A stretch of 64,000 bases of DNA from Felis catus (taxonomy: Eukaryota). A program made the translations under genes and the position numbers. Location: contig NC_058383.1 in assembly GCF_018350175.1 (NCBI RefSeq), forward strand, positions 18,850,001-18,914,000. Direction: 5' to 3'. Positions 12,521 to 24,340 of the stretch are shown piece after piece. Each line of letters opens with the position of its first letter. The stretch's first letter is position 1. The notes under the pieces were generated by a model. It was not told where the DNA came from, made no database searches, and saw only the letters and a list, made by a program, of their open reading frames with translations.

Positions 12521-12839
12521 AGTGGCAGGCGTTTAAAGGCAGGTATGTGGTTATTACAAAGAAGAAAGGAGGCAAGGGGAGAAAACCAAAAATCACACCG
12601 TAGAGTCTCATCTGTGCCACGTGACTTTCCCAGACAGTCTGGCCGGGTCCAGAATCGCCATTAAGGAAAGAAAGTGCAGTGGGTGCCCCCCCCCCCCTTA
12701 GCCAAGCTGAATCTTGGTGACCCAGACAAGTAAGTTACAAACCTCCCTTAATCCGGTTCCCCCTGTGTCCTAACTTACGTTTACGTTACATCCTGTTTTG
12801 TCTTGTCTTGTTACATGCCTTTTTTTGTATGCATAAAAT

Positions 12840-14560
12840 TATTTGTAAAGGCACCAGGCCCTGATGATTTCAAAGACGAATTTAGCTAACCTTCTGATAG
12901 TTTAAACTGATAACAGCAAAGGTAATTCTGATGCTTCTTAAACGATTCTAGGTCACAGAAAAAGACAGAAACTCTTCCATTGATTGTATGGAGGCAGCGT
13001 GACCTTAACATAAAAACTTGAAAAGCAAATAAACCCACCAACACGTTTTAGCAAGAACAAGAAACACAAGCCAATAAAGCACAGACCCAACTCGCTCTGA
13101 TTTTGACGCAAACATTCCAAATCAAATGCTAACAAATAGGGGCGCCTGGGTGGCTCAGTCTGGTAAATGTCCTACTTCGGCCCAGGTCGTGTCTCATGGT
13201 TCCTGAGTTCAAGCCCCGCATCGGGTTCACTGCTGTCAGCACAGAGCCCACTTCGGATCCTCTGTCCCCCCTCTCTTTCTGCCCCTCCCCCACTTGTGCT
13301 CTCTCTCTCTCAAATATAGACATAAAAAAAAAGAACAAATGCTAACAGATAAAATATGGCTGTATATCAAACGAATAACATACTTTGAGCAAACAGAGCT
13401 TACTTCAGGAATGCAGGACAGGTTCAATATCAAGTAATCGATCAACATACAATATCAAGTAACTGATCAACATAATTGTTTACACCACATTGAGAGAGGG
13501 TAACAGGGGCGCCTGGGTGGCTCAGTTGGTTGAGCGTCTGACTTCGGCTCAGGTCATGATCTCGCCATCTGTGAGTTCAAGCCCCGCATCGGGCTGTGTG
13601 CTGACCGCTCAGAGCCTGGAGCCTGCTTCAGTTTCTGTGTCTCCCTCTCTCTCTCTGCCCTCACTCCCCTCCACTCTGTCTCTCTCTCTCAAAAATAAAC
13701 AAACATGAAAAAAAAAATGAAAAACAAAGAGAGAGGGTAACAATGTGAGCATATCACTTCAATAGCTTTTTCTTTGAAAAAAAAAAAAGAAAACTACTAA
13801 CTAAAACAAATTACTGAAGTATGATAAAGGTTCTTTGCCAAAACTAACAGCAAACATCATTCTAGATACTAAAGCCATTTCCCTTAGAATCAAAACAAAA
13901 CAGTGTTTTTGGAGGTTCTATCAAATACACCAGGATAAAAAACAAAACAAAAAACAACAACAACAACAAAAGAAATGCTACTGAAAAAGAAGAGATAAGA
14001 CAACTTGATATTATAAGAAATCGTTGGCTAAAAACAGAAAAAGGAAGAGATTTCATTCACGTGTATATTATTAGGGGGATACATCTAACAGGGAAGGTGC
14101 AGGACCTCCATGAAGAAAAAAGGTGTTGAAGCATAGAGAAGAAAGAGCTAACGTCAGAACGTGGGAGGAGCCCCCACGTGTGATTCCAGTCAAAATGCCA
14201 GTGGGAGGGGCGCCTGCCTGGCTCAGTCCGTACAGCAGGTGGCGCTTGATCTCGGGGTCATGAGTTCGAGCCCCAGGTTGGGCATGGAGCTCACTTTAAA
14301 AAAAAAAAAAAAAAAAAAGCCAATGGGGCCTTTTAAAAATTAAGTACACACCTACCTAACCTGAAGATGCTCCGCCTCATCAGAAACCAGAGAAAGGCAA
14401 ATGAAAGTACCGATGAGGTAGCACTTTCTACCGAGAGGTAGGGCAACAATGAATGGCTAGTGGGGTTTGGGGGGAGGCACTCCGTCATTTTTGCTGATGG
14501 AGAGGCAAACTCTTCCCAGCTCTTTTAGAAAGAAATCTCGCAATATCCCATACAATTTGT
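12840..14560 (+). mobile_element. Highly degraded L1 ORF2 fragments containing CAN-SINEs at 13139-13334, 13506-13727 and 14207-14318
   Basis: A-rich L1 ORF2-like text (caggccctgatgattt, caggaatgcaggacaggttcaatat, aacagcaaacatcattct). SINE TSDs aaatgctaaca and gagagagggtaaca. Confidence 0.7.
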
Positions 14561-15229
14561 TTGCCAGAACTTAAACAACAGTTTACTTCTTGTGCACCCT
14601 TTATTAGCTTTCTCTCACAAAACGTGCCCACAAGAAAGTGAATCAAGTAAGAGAAACATAATTCGAGACACGAATCGGAACTCCAACATAGAAAAGAGGG
14701 AAAGGGACTCCTCGAGGAAATGAATGAGAGGGGACAGACCCCGGGAAGAAACCGCAACAGGTCTGGAGAGCAGTTGGTTTGTACTGGAGCAAGGCAGGGA
14801 GGGGGCTGGGCTCTAGCAGTTTTCTAGAAGGTTAAATTTGGAAAGCGCTTAAAACAAACCGAATCCCTTGGGAGACGATTTGAACAACGAGTGGAGAGAT
14901 TGGGGTTGCGTTACTAAGGACATAGATGATTCTAAGCAAATGGAAAACAGAAAATTCCTAACAGCAGGAAAACCAAAGGTCGTGCGGAAAGGAAAGATAA
15001 TCAGAACTTCTTACATGGCTAACGTAATAATAGGGAATAACAATGTTCGCTGAGATTCTTGGATGGACAGATTAATGTCTTCCATCGCATTTGGGAAGTT
15101 TTCAGCCATAATTCTCCACATTTCCCCCCCCCCCCCGCCCCAGTAAGTTTTTTGAAAGAGGATCATGGAGCAGATTTGCAAGCAGAAACAAAGTGAATGT
15201 CTACCCAAGCGACGGTTGAACGGGGTGTA

Positions 15230-16260
15230 CTAATATCAGGCTGCAAAATGACATGGCAGAGCGCATGGGTACACCGAGGGTGCAGGGTTGCAGGCCAAAC
15301 CTCGCCCCCCGCTGCCATTATCCACAGGAGACTACCCCTTCTCAGCCAACTACTTCCGGTGGGGCTCTGCTTCCAGCTCTGGGGTGGTCATGTGACAAGG
15401 CCTCAGCCAATCAGAGAACTGCGTTGTGGCCATGCGATTGGATCAGCCATCGATGCAGGACCCAATCAGAACCAAGCAAGCTCAAGGTTGCCTGGGTGGC
15501 TCAGTCGGTTGAGCGTGGGACTCTCGGGTTTCGGCTCCGGTCCTGATCTCAGGGTGTGTGGGTTCGAGCCACACCACAGGCTGTGTGCTGGTAGTGTGGG
15601 GGCTGCTTGGGATTCTCTGTCTCTGTCTCTTCCCCTCCCCTGCTCTCTCTCTCAAAGAGAAACTTGAAAAATTTCAAAAGAAGAATGAAGCGAGCACAGA
15701 GAAAGCACCAACTGGGAAGGGCAGGGCTCACACACGCTCTCCCGTTGGGCGGCGCTCTTGAGAGGCTGGAAACTGGGAGGGGAGGGGGGGGTGCTGGTGG
15801 CCATCCTGCACCACAAGGAGAGGAGAGGAGAAGTCTAGAAGAAGTCTACCCAGAAGAAGTAGATCAGTTGGGAGAGAGAAACCCATCGTGGTGTTGAAGT
15901 TGCTGCCTTTGCGTTACGCTGCACCTGAAGATTTTTTTTTGTTTTCGTTTTGTTTTGTTTTTTGGAGAAAGAGAGGACACAAGTGAGCGAGGGGCGGGGT
16001 GGGGTGGGGTGGGGACAGTCTCCCAGAGAGACAGAGAGAGAGAGAGAGAGGGACAGAGAAGCAGCGCTCAGGCGATGCAGGGCTCGAGCTCACCAATGGT
16101 GAGCTCATGACCTGAGCTGAGGTCAGACGCTTAACCGAGGGAGCCACCCAGGCGCCCTGAGGTTGGTTCTATTTCGGGACTTCTCTTTTTCAAATCAGCC
16201 AGTTTGAGTTGGGTTTTCTGTTGTTTGGGACCACATGGGTCCTGGAGAATACTCTGGTAA
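15230..16260. mobile_element. MaLR (MLT1-like) LTR remnant with CAN-SINEs at 15486-15680 (+) and 15930-16158 (-)
   Basis: ggtcatgtgac..cagccaatcaga and gccagtttgagttgggttttctgttgtttg are MLT1-like; the SINE consensus is clear. Confidence 0.6.
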
Positions 16261-16695
16261 TCTCAGCTTCAGAAGGGAGCATCCAGCCCCAGAAGGGCTC
16301 AGTGGCTTCTCTTGATCAAGGTCACTCGTTGGTCAGGAGTTGCTGTGAAGGCAGGGCCTCATAGACATCAGTGGCTTCAGGGGTCTTACGGATTAGGATT
16401 CTCTGGATATTAGTCAGGACTCCTTTATATGCAGGCTGCAGACACCAGCCTCAAATGGATTTATGAGCATAGATTGGCTCATTAACTGCAAAACCCATTT
16501 ATATCTAATTTCAGTCTTGGATCCTAGTGTTCAAATAATGTCCTCAGATTCCCTTTCTCTTAATCTATTGGCCCTGCTCTGTATAGGTGTCCTGCTCGGA
16601 CAGAACCTACCCAAGTGGTGGCAAAGATGGTTACCAGCAGCTCCAGCCTTTCCTCCCACAAACCTAGCAAATCTTATGAAGACAAGAACATTTTA

Positions 16696-16917
16696 GGGGC
16701 GCCTGGGTGGCTCGGTCGGTTGGGCCTCCGACTTCGGCCCAGGTCACGATCTCGCGGTTCGTGGGTTCGAGCCCCGCGTCGGGCTCTGTGCTGACAGCTC
16801 GGAGCCTGGAGCCTGCTTCGGATTCTGTGTCTCCTTCTCTCTCTGCCCCTCCCCCGCTCACGCCTCTGTCTCTCTCTCTCAAAAAGGAATAAACATTAAA
16901 AAAAAAAAAAAAAAAAA
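16696..16917 (+). mobile_element. CAN-SINE (young, CpG-rich) inside an MLT1-like remnant
   Basis: Intact CpGs, long poly-A, TSD aagaaca(t/c)ttta. Confidence 0.9.
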
Positions 16918-17306
16918 GAACACTTTACCTAGTAATAGGTGCAGGAAAAGGCCAGGAGCTGCCTCACTTGGGTTGTATGTCCATGCCTGAGCCAATTGCT
17001 GTGGTCGAGGAATGGAACGTGCTGATTGACCAGACCTGGGGCATGTGGCCACCCCATGGGGCCAACGGGGGGAACCAGCCTGAACCATATGGATCAAGAA
17101 CATGGAAGGAAAATTTGAGGTGCTGTCAACCAAAAGGGGGGGTGAGGGGGTGCTGAACAGGCAAAAATAGCTGTTGCCCACTACCTTTTATACTATTCCG
17201 AGTATCCCAAGGTCATTATCACAGCTATAATTAAATAGACCCCAAACCCTCCCCCTTCTTCAGGCACCCTGTGTTTTCCTTTAACATCAAAATAGAACGA
17301 CCTGAA

Positions 17307-17550
17307 GGGCACCTGGGTGCCTCCCTCGGTTAAGCCTCCGACTTGACTTTGGCTCAGGGCATGATCTCACAATTCGTGAGATTGAGTCCTGAGTCGGCCT
17401 CTGTGCTTGAGAGTTCAGGTCCTGCTTGGGATTCTCTCTCTCTCTTCTCTCTCTCTGCCCCTCCAGTGCATGCGTGCTTTCTCTCTTAAAATAAGTAAAC
17501 TTAAAAAAAAAAAAAAAAAAAGAAAGAAAGCGGTTTACCTTAAAAAAAAA
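17307..17550 (+). mobile_element. CAN-SINE
   Basis: TSD aaaatagaa(c/t)gac. Confidence 0.88.
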
Positions 17551-17924
17551 TAGAATGACTCGAGCCCCGTTACCACCTTTTAGGGACAACCAGGCCCCTC
17601 CATGATCTCCCTGAGGATCTCCAAGCAGGGCTCACGGTCTCCTGAGTCGGGTCATGACCAGCCTACTTCTTTATTATTATTATTATTATTATTAGCTAAG
17701 CTGAGGTATAATTGACAAATGAAACCTGTACATGCTTAAAATGTATGACTTCAGGTTTTGAAATATGTATACATTGTGAAATGATCATCACAGGCTAATA
17801 TACGTATCGCCTCACAGTGTGTGTGTGTGTGTGTATGGTGAGAACACTTAACACATGCGCTCTGAGCAAATTTTGAGTATACGATATGCTATTGTTAATT
17901 ACGCGGCCTACTTCTTTAAAAAAA

Positions 17925-18136
17925 ATTTTTTTTTTAACGGTTATTTATTTTTGAGACAGAGAAAGACAGAGCATGAACAGGGGAGGGTCAGAGAGAGGGA
18001 GACACAGAATCTGAAACAGGCTCCAGGCTCTGAGCTGTCAGCACAGAGCCCGACGCGGGGCTCAAACTCACGGACCGCGAGATCATGACCTGAGCCGAAG
18101 TCGGCCGCTTAACCGACTGAGCCACCCAGGCGCTCC
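17925..18136 (-). mobile_element. CAN-SINE
   Basis: TSD ggcctacttcttt. Confidence 0.9.
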
Positions 18137-18623
18137 ATGTGGCCTACTTCTTTGGCTGTCCCCGTATGCTCTTGGTCTCTGGAGTCACCAGTCTCTTCTG
18201 CCCTTCTTTGGCTCCAAAGGAAAACCCCTGAATTTCTCCATTGCCCTCAAAGATCCAAAAACCAAGGCTGGGTGATGAACATTTTCCTCCCCCTCAACTG
18301 CCGGTAAATAACTCTCAATTACTTTTCTTACACCCACATTTCCACCCCAAACCAGGCACTAGATGCGGGGAGGGAGGAAAGGCCCTACATTTTTGAGAGA
18401 GAGAGAGATGTTGTTTGGAGACTCTGTCACTCAGTGACTTAAGCAAGCTGAGTGGGCATCGCGTGAAGGGGATGATGGGACGCTGAGGCTGCCCTTCTGG
18501 TACTTGTGTCGGCATGCTTAGCGGTCACTGGCCGGTAGCTGGGGAAGCCTGCATAGCAGTTAAGGGGCATGTTGGGAAAAAATGGAATCGGGAACAAAAT
18601 CCCTTCCCTTCTTTAAAAAAAAA

Positions 18624-18833
18624 TGGAAAATGTTTATTTACCTTTCAGAGAGATAGAGAGACACAGTGTGAGCAGGGGAGGGGCAGAGAGAGAGGGAGAC
18701 ACAGATCCGAAGCAGGCTCCAGGCTCCGAGCTGTCAGCACAGAGCCCGGCATGGGGCTCGAACCCACGAACTGCGAGATCACGACCCGAGCGGAAGTCAG
18801 ACGCTCAACCGACTGAGCCACCCAGGCGCCCCC
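18624..18833 (-). mobile_element. CAN-SINE
   Basis: TSD aatcccttccct. Confidence 0.9.
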
Positions 18834-20579
18834 ATAATCCCTTCCCTCCTGAAGTTCAATGTTAGTGGAACCTTTCTGATGGACGGAGTCTAACCTGAAG
18901 ACTATGGGCGGGAGAAGACACCAAGGGCCCTTGAGAAGGAACTCACCATGATCAAGGGGACGTTACCCACCCTACATGGAAAGGGTTGCAGGGGTTTGTC
19001 TTGTTTAAGATACAGTGTGGGAGACGCTGGAAACCCTTCTGACCAAGCTCCTGTGGCCTTGACACAGGGGTTCATCAGTGATGCTAAGCAGCAGGACTAA
19101 GCAACAGCGGCAGAAAACCGAGGCCCCCTAGTGGTAAGTCCCGGCACTTCTCTGACACTAGGGCAGTTAGAAGGTGATATTCGTACACCCACCGAGCAGG
19201 GAAACAGGGCCACTGCTGGCATTTGTAGACTTCCCCTCCACCCCTTAATGATCCATTTTAAAGTGTTCTGTTAAGCCCCTAGGTATCCACCCTTATCATT
19301 GCAGGGAAGCGGCTGATGTTTTGAAACGGCAGGGTTTTCCTTTAACATATCCTAGCTAAAATTCTTGGGTGTGAGCCCTTACCCCTGTGATCTAGTCGGA
19401 GTAGATTTGTTTTTCTCTTTTCTTACGGTTTTTCCTATTTTTTTTACATGGATAATTACGTAATCTAGTGGATGTCTAGTTTCCTCTTCAGCAAGTAAGC
19501 TTCAGGGCATAGGGATCGTTGGTCTTATTCATTGCTGGATCCTCGGCCCCTAAAACAGTATTGGGCATTCATTCATGAAGCTGACGGATCGCTGGGGAGT
19601 GTCTGTCCTGTGCCGCTAGGCATCGGGGGTGGAGAAGGGATAGCAGTTTGCCAAACACTGACGCCGTTCTTGTGGAACTTCCGTGCTAGTGGGCAGAGAA
19701 CACGCTATCGTGAGCCGTGGTGGGTGCTCAGCGTGTCATGAGCAGGGTAAGGGGCTCCTGGCCCAGGCGGTTTCCTCTGATCCCTTGATATTTGAGCAGG
19801 GACCTGAAGGAAGGGAGGGAGGGGGCTCCGGGGAGATTTGGGAGAGTCCCCAAATCTACTCAGGTACAGGCCCTGAGGGGAGAGCGTGCTGGGCCGTCCC
19901 AAGAGCCAGTGTGGCTGGAAGCCAGCACAGGGGAGGGGAGAGGGGATGGGGTGGGACTTTGGAGGCCACCCTAAGGACCACCCGGCCGTGCCCCACTGCC
20001 CAGAGAACTCTGAACGCTCTGGTTTCCGTCTTCAGTGGGCTCCCGACACCCCCAAACTTGATGAGCTTCTCAGTTACTTACTTGCCCAGCACCCAGCCTT
20101 CTATGTGGGTCATGTCTGTCTCCACGACTCCATCGCTGGCTGCCTGAGGACAAGGACGCCATCTGTCCTGCTCACTGCTGTATCCCGGGTTCCTAGGAGG
20201 GAGCCCGGGACACAGAAGGTGCTCGGTAAATATTTGCTGGGTGGTGACTGGGTGAAAGCAGTCTGCTCTGTTCCTCTGGGCTTTCGCTTCTATTTCCTGC
20301 CCAGTCTGAAGGGCTCCGAGCTGAAGGCGGACGCCAGGCCGGGGACAACTCACTGCCCCTTCCCTCCCAGAACCCGGTCCCTGTTCCCGTCGCCTTCCAG
20401 CCCTGGCCCGGACCTGCTCCAGGCCTGAGAGGCCCCAGGAGGCCTGAAGTAGTTGCCCTCAGACTCTGCAGACACCCCTTCCCCCACTCAGGACATCTGT
20501 CGAGTTTGCAGTTCAAGAGTAATTCTGTGTGCCCTCGCCCTTCTCCGTCCGTTTCTGAGACGAGACAGCCACCCAGTGG

Positions 20580-21412
20580 TAATTTTTCTAGGCTTTTGTT
20601 TATTTTATAGCAATTGTCATGATTAGAGAAGTAAATAACACATTTAAAAACCTTCTCAGGGCCAAAGGATGCCAGAATATTTACAAACACATGGGGGGGG
20701 GGGGTGGCAAGACATGAGGGGCTGGGATTCCGCCCGGGCCCTGAGCCAGGCTTGGATGTTGATGCTAGCCACCAGGACTGTCCCACCGACCACAGCACGG
20801 GCTCAGGGGGCAGTGGCAGCCGTGGGGCTCTGCTCAGTGGGGCTCTAGCTAACCTGCGGCCCCGCCTCCTGCCCAGGGGGCTCCCCACACCCCACAGGCC
20901 AGCTCAGAGGGGCCTCTGGGAAGCACCGAAGGACAGGGGCAGTATGGAGGCACAGGGGCTATGACAGAGACCGGGGATGACCCAGCCTGCCCGGGATGGG
21001 ACGGACACGCTCACACACACACATACACACACACGCACACACACACCTTCACAGAAGAATCGCCAGGGGAAGATCTTTTGTGTGTTTTTCGTCTTCTAAG
21101 TCTGCGTGTCTACGGTGTTATTAATTTTTTGCTATTTGTTTCTTCGACAGTGACATAAACTGAGGTAAACATCTGTGACCAACACCTCTCCTAAGGGGCG
21201 AGGGGTCCCAACCCAACTAGCAGGTGGCAGCACAGGGCCCCGGCGGCCACGGAGCAGGCCGGGCTTCTTCGGCCCTGCTCCTGCGTGGGGCCATCGCTGC
21301 CCCTCTCTGTGCCTCCGCAAACAGGGGCTGGGCTACATAACTACGGTCCCCTTCCCGAGTCTAACATTCTAGATACTACGACGAGGGAGAAACTCCCAAA
21401 GAGGATCTTAAC

Positions 21413-21449
<37 letters not shown>

Positions 21450-23494
21450 GCACACGGCGAGGGACATCTACTTGGAATCTTGCTTCCTTGTTATTGCAGG
21501 AGAGACGGGGTGTCGAGAGGCCTAAGGCAAAAGGAGAAGTCGCGGCTGGGAGAGAGAGGTGGCCCGGATGGGCTCCAGGTGGGCCAGGGGCAGTGACGGG
21601 GGGCCTTCTCTGAAACTTGGCCCGTGGTGGGAGGAGGGTTTGCTACTTACCTGGCGTGTGGAGGGCCCCAGTGCCCACTGGAGAGATGGGTCTCGAGGAG
21701 GGCGGGCGCACCGAGGAGAGCGGGGCCAGGCCCTGGGGCAACCGCAGTTTGTAAACTGGACCCAGGCAGGGCAGGGGGACCTATAGCCCTTTTGCGCGAT
21801 GGGAATGGGGGATGAGTGGAGAGGTGGGGGCTCCAGGCCAGAGGGTGGTCAGGCCCTCCCTGGCCAGCCCGGCTCATCAGAGAGCCCCCTCAGATGGCCT
21901 AGAACCCCAGTGGGACCCTGGCAGGTGCGGCCCGGGCTGGTGGACGGGACACGGTCAGGCAGAAGGAGCAGCCTCACCCCTGTAGAGGTTATTGCGGGGT
22001 CCCAGGCCTCCAGAGATGGCAGGGGTCATGGGGGAACACTGGGTGAGCTGGGGTGCCTGTTTTGCTGCCTGGGGGGCTGGCACCAGCCCGCAGGTGCCTC
22101 CCTGCCAGATTCCCTGAGGGGCGGGTGAAGCACAGGCCTGGACGCCCTCTGGCAGCTGCCTGGGGAGGGTCCTGGGGCAGAGTGGTCTCCAGAGGCGTCT
22201 GGATGCAATCACCGAACACACAGGACTGCACGCGTACACGTCCGCTCTACTCACACACCGCACGCACGCCTACTCACACACACTCTCCCCCCTCCTGTTG
22301 CCACGGACCCCCATTCTCACGCCCACAGCCGCATACTCCAGGACCGGGAACCTGGGGGACGCGGGGATGGGGGCAACCCCAGGCTGACATGCTGGTCTCC
22401 GGCAGAAACCCGGGGGTATTCCTGGCACGAATCACCTCGCCGCCTGCCAGCAGCCCAGGCCACCGGGTCTGGGCTCGGGGAGCCAGGACCTAGGATCTGG
22501 GGTTCCCGGGCCTGGGCAGGTGCGGCCAGCAGGGGGAGCCGGGCCGGCCCTAGGCTCGGCGCTCGCTCCCTTCGCTTTAGGGATGCGGTGGGGGGCGGGG
22601 GGAGGAGGGCAGCTGAGGCCCCGCCCCGGCAGCCCGTCAGTCGCGAGGGAGTGGGACGCTCGCTGGGGAGGAGGGGGAGGGCTTCGAGAGCGCCACCTCT
22701 CAGGGGCTGTGCGGCTCCAGGCCAGTTGCCCTCCTCCTGTGCTCAGTGTCCTCATCCGGGGAACGGGTTGTGTGGGAGTCACTAGATTCTTCGGGTCCGT
22801 GCCTGTACACACACACTTTTGCAGCATCCAGACATTTGCTACATTTTGCCGAGGGCTTTTGGCCTCTTCCCTCCAGCCTCCCGGGAAAGGGGCAGGACGC
22901 AGGTGAGCAACGCCCCTGCCCTCAGCTCCTCGCCTCCCCCCCACCCCCACCCCGCCCGCAGCCAGTGTCCGGGGGCCCTACTCCCCTTCTCTGCCCCAAC
23001 ACTTCAGTCCCCTGATGTGCCCGGGGGCGTGGTGGCGCAGGGTAGGGTGGCCAGGAGGGCAGGACCAGGGGTGGGACTGCGGGACGATCTGCCAGGGGGT
23101 GCAAAGGGCCAGGAGCAACTAGGCAGCGTGCCAGGGTTCGGGGCGGTGTGGGGGAGTCTGCCCGCAAGCTCCCTTGCTCCTGGTGTCGGGGGACGGGGGA
23201 GGGGGCGCCTCTGAATCCTCGGGTCTGTGGGGCTCGGCTCCTGTGGGCCAAGTCCCTGCCCCAGAGGCGGGGCGAGAGGTCTTTCGGTGGCTATCTCGGC
23301 GGCCCGCCGCGGACCCGGCGCCTGGGCCCGCCGTCCCGCCTAGCCTACCGCTACTCCCTCCTGCCGCCGCGGGGGCTGGTCGGATTTGCCGCGGCCGCCG
23401 CCAAGCCCCCCGTTTGGGCGCGGGCCCGGGGCGGCTCCCGGCGGCCCGGCCTGGTGCGAGCGCGGCGCCCCGGCCCGAGGGCGGCGGGGGCGGC
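20580..23494 (-). other. SBK1: SBK1 3'UTR (~2.9 kb)
   Basis: Free of recognisable transposons. Runs from the stop codon to an AATAAA with an upstream UGUA element and a downstream GU-rich stretch. The 3' end is approximate. Confidence 0.7.
20599..20604 (-). terminator. Polyadenylation signal AATAAA of SBK1
   Basis: The + strand reads tttatt at 20599-20604. It lies in an AU-rich block, with UGUAAAUA ~75 nt upstream and GGGUGGCUGUCUCGUCUC downstream on the mRNA. Confidence 0.72.
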
Positions 23495-24340
23495 TCAGAC
23501 GCAGATCTCGATGGCCGTGGCCAGCACCACCTGCCCTTTGCTCTTGTCCGGGCGGCCGTCGGTCCTGCCGGGGGGGCCCGGGGGCGCCAGGCCGGCCTCG
23601 GGCACGGGCACGGGCACCGGCACCGGCACGGGCACGGGCACCGGCACGGGCGCGGGCCCGACGGCGGGGGGCGCGGGCCGGGAGCCGCTGCCGCTCTCGG
23701 TCAGCACCGTCCGCTTGAGCGGCCCGGGCGCCTCGAGGCGCAGCGGCCCGGCGGCGGGCGGGCGGTCCCCGGCGGGCTTGCGCGCGCGGTGCGAGGGCCG
23801 GCGCCGCAGCTCGGACGTGAGCTCGTGCTTGAGGAAGCGGAAGACCTCCTTGGCCGGCCCGCGGCGCTCGGGCTCCAGGGCCAGCAGGCGCTGGAACATG
23901 CGCAGCGCGGGCTCGGTGAAGCGGCGCCACTGCGACGGCAGCCCGGGCAGGCGGCCCCGCTGCCAGCGCACGAACTCCTCGAAGAAGGCGTCCGCGCCCG
24001 ACGCCGCCTCCCACGGGAAGTTGCCGGTGAGCACGCAGAAGATGAGCACGCCGAAGGCCCACACGTCCACGCCCGTGTCCACCGCGAAGCCGTCGGCGCG
24101 GCCCGCCTGGCACACCTCGGGCGCCGTGTACGGGATGGTGCCGCTGACCCGCTTCACGCGGCAGCCCACGCGGCGCGTCATGCCGAAGTCGGCCAGCTTC
24201 ACGCGGCGGCACTCGCGGTCGAACAGCAGCACGTTCTCGGGCTTGATGTCGCGGTGCACCAGCTGCCGCCCGTGCATGAAGTCCAGCGCCAGCCCCAGCT
24301 GCTGCACGCAGCGCTTCACCGTGTCCTCGGGGAGTCCCAC
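23495..24340 (-). CDS. SBK1: SBK1 last coding exon (kinase C-lobe plus Pro-rich tail ending [12 protein letters not shown])
   Basis: Acceptor ccag|GTG at 24341/24340. [14 protein letters not shown] and DVWAFG motifs are intact. TGA at 23497-23495. Total CDS is 226+203+846 = 1275 nt = 424 aa plus stop. Confidence 0.97.
   Translation of the reverse strand: MGLPEDTVKRCVQQLGLALDFMHGRQLVHRDIKPENVLLFDRECRRVKLADFGMTRRVGCRVKRVSGTIPYTAPEVCQAGRADGFAVDTGVDVWAFGVLIFCVLTGNFPWEAASGADAFFEEFVRWQRGRLPGLPSQWRRFTEPALRMFQRLLALEPERRGPAKEVFRFLKHELTSELRRRPSHRARKPAGDRPPAAGPLRLEAPGPLKRTVLTESGSGSRPAPPAVGPAPVPVPVPVPVPVPVPVPEAGLAPPGPPGRTDGRPDKSKGQVVLATAIEICV
23601..23650 (-). repeat. Coding hexanucleotide repeat encoding P(VP)8
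   Basis: (GGCACS)8 on the + strand, within the SBK1 C-terminal Pro-rich tail. Confidence 0.9.

Noticed and set aside
23340..24212. 290-aa alternative-frame ORF on the SBK1 strand
   Set aside because: Stop-codon scarcity in a CpG island; low-complexity translation with no independent support.
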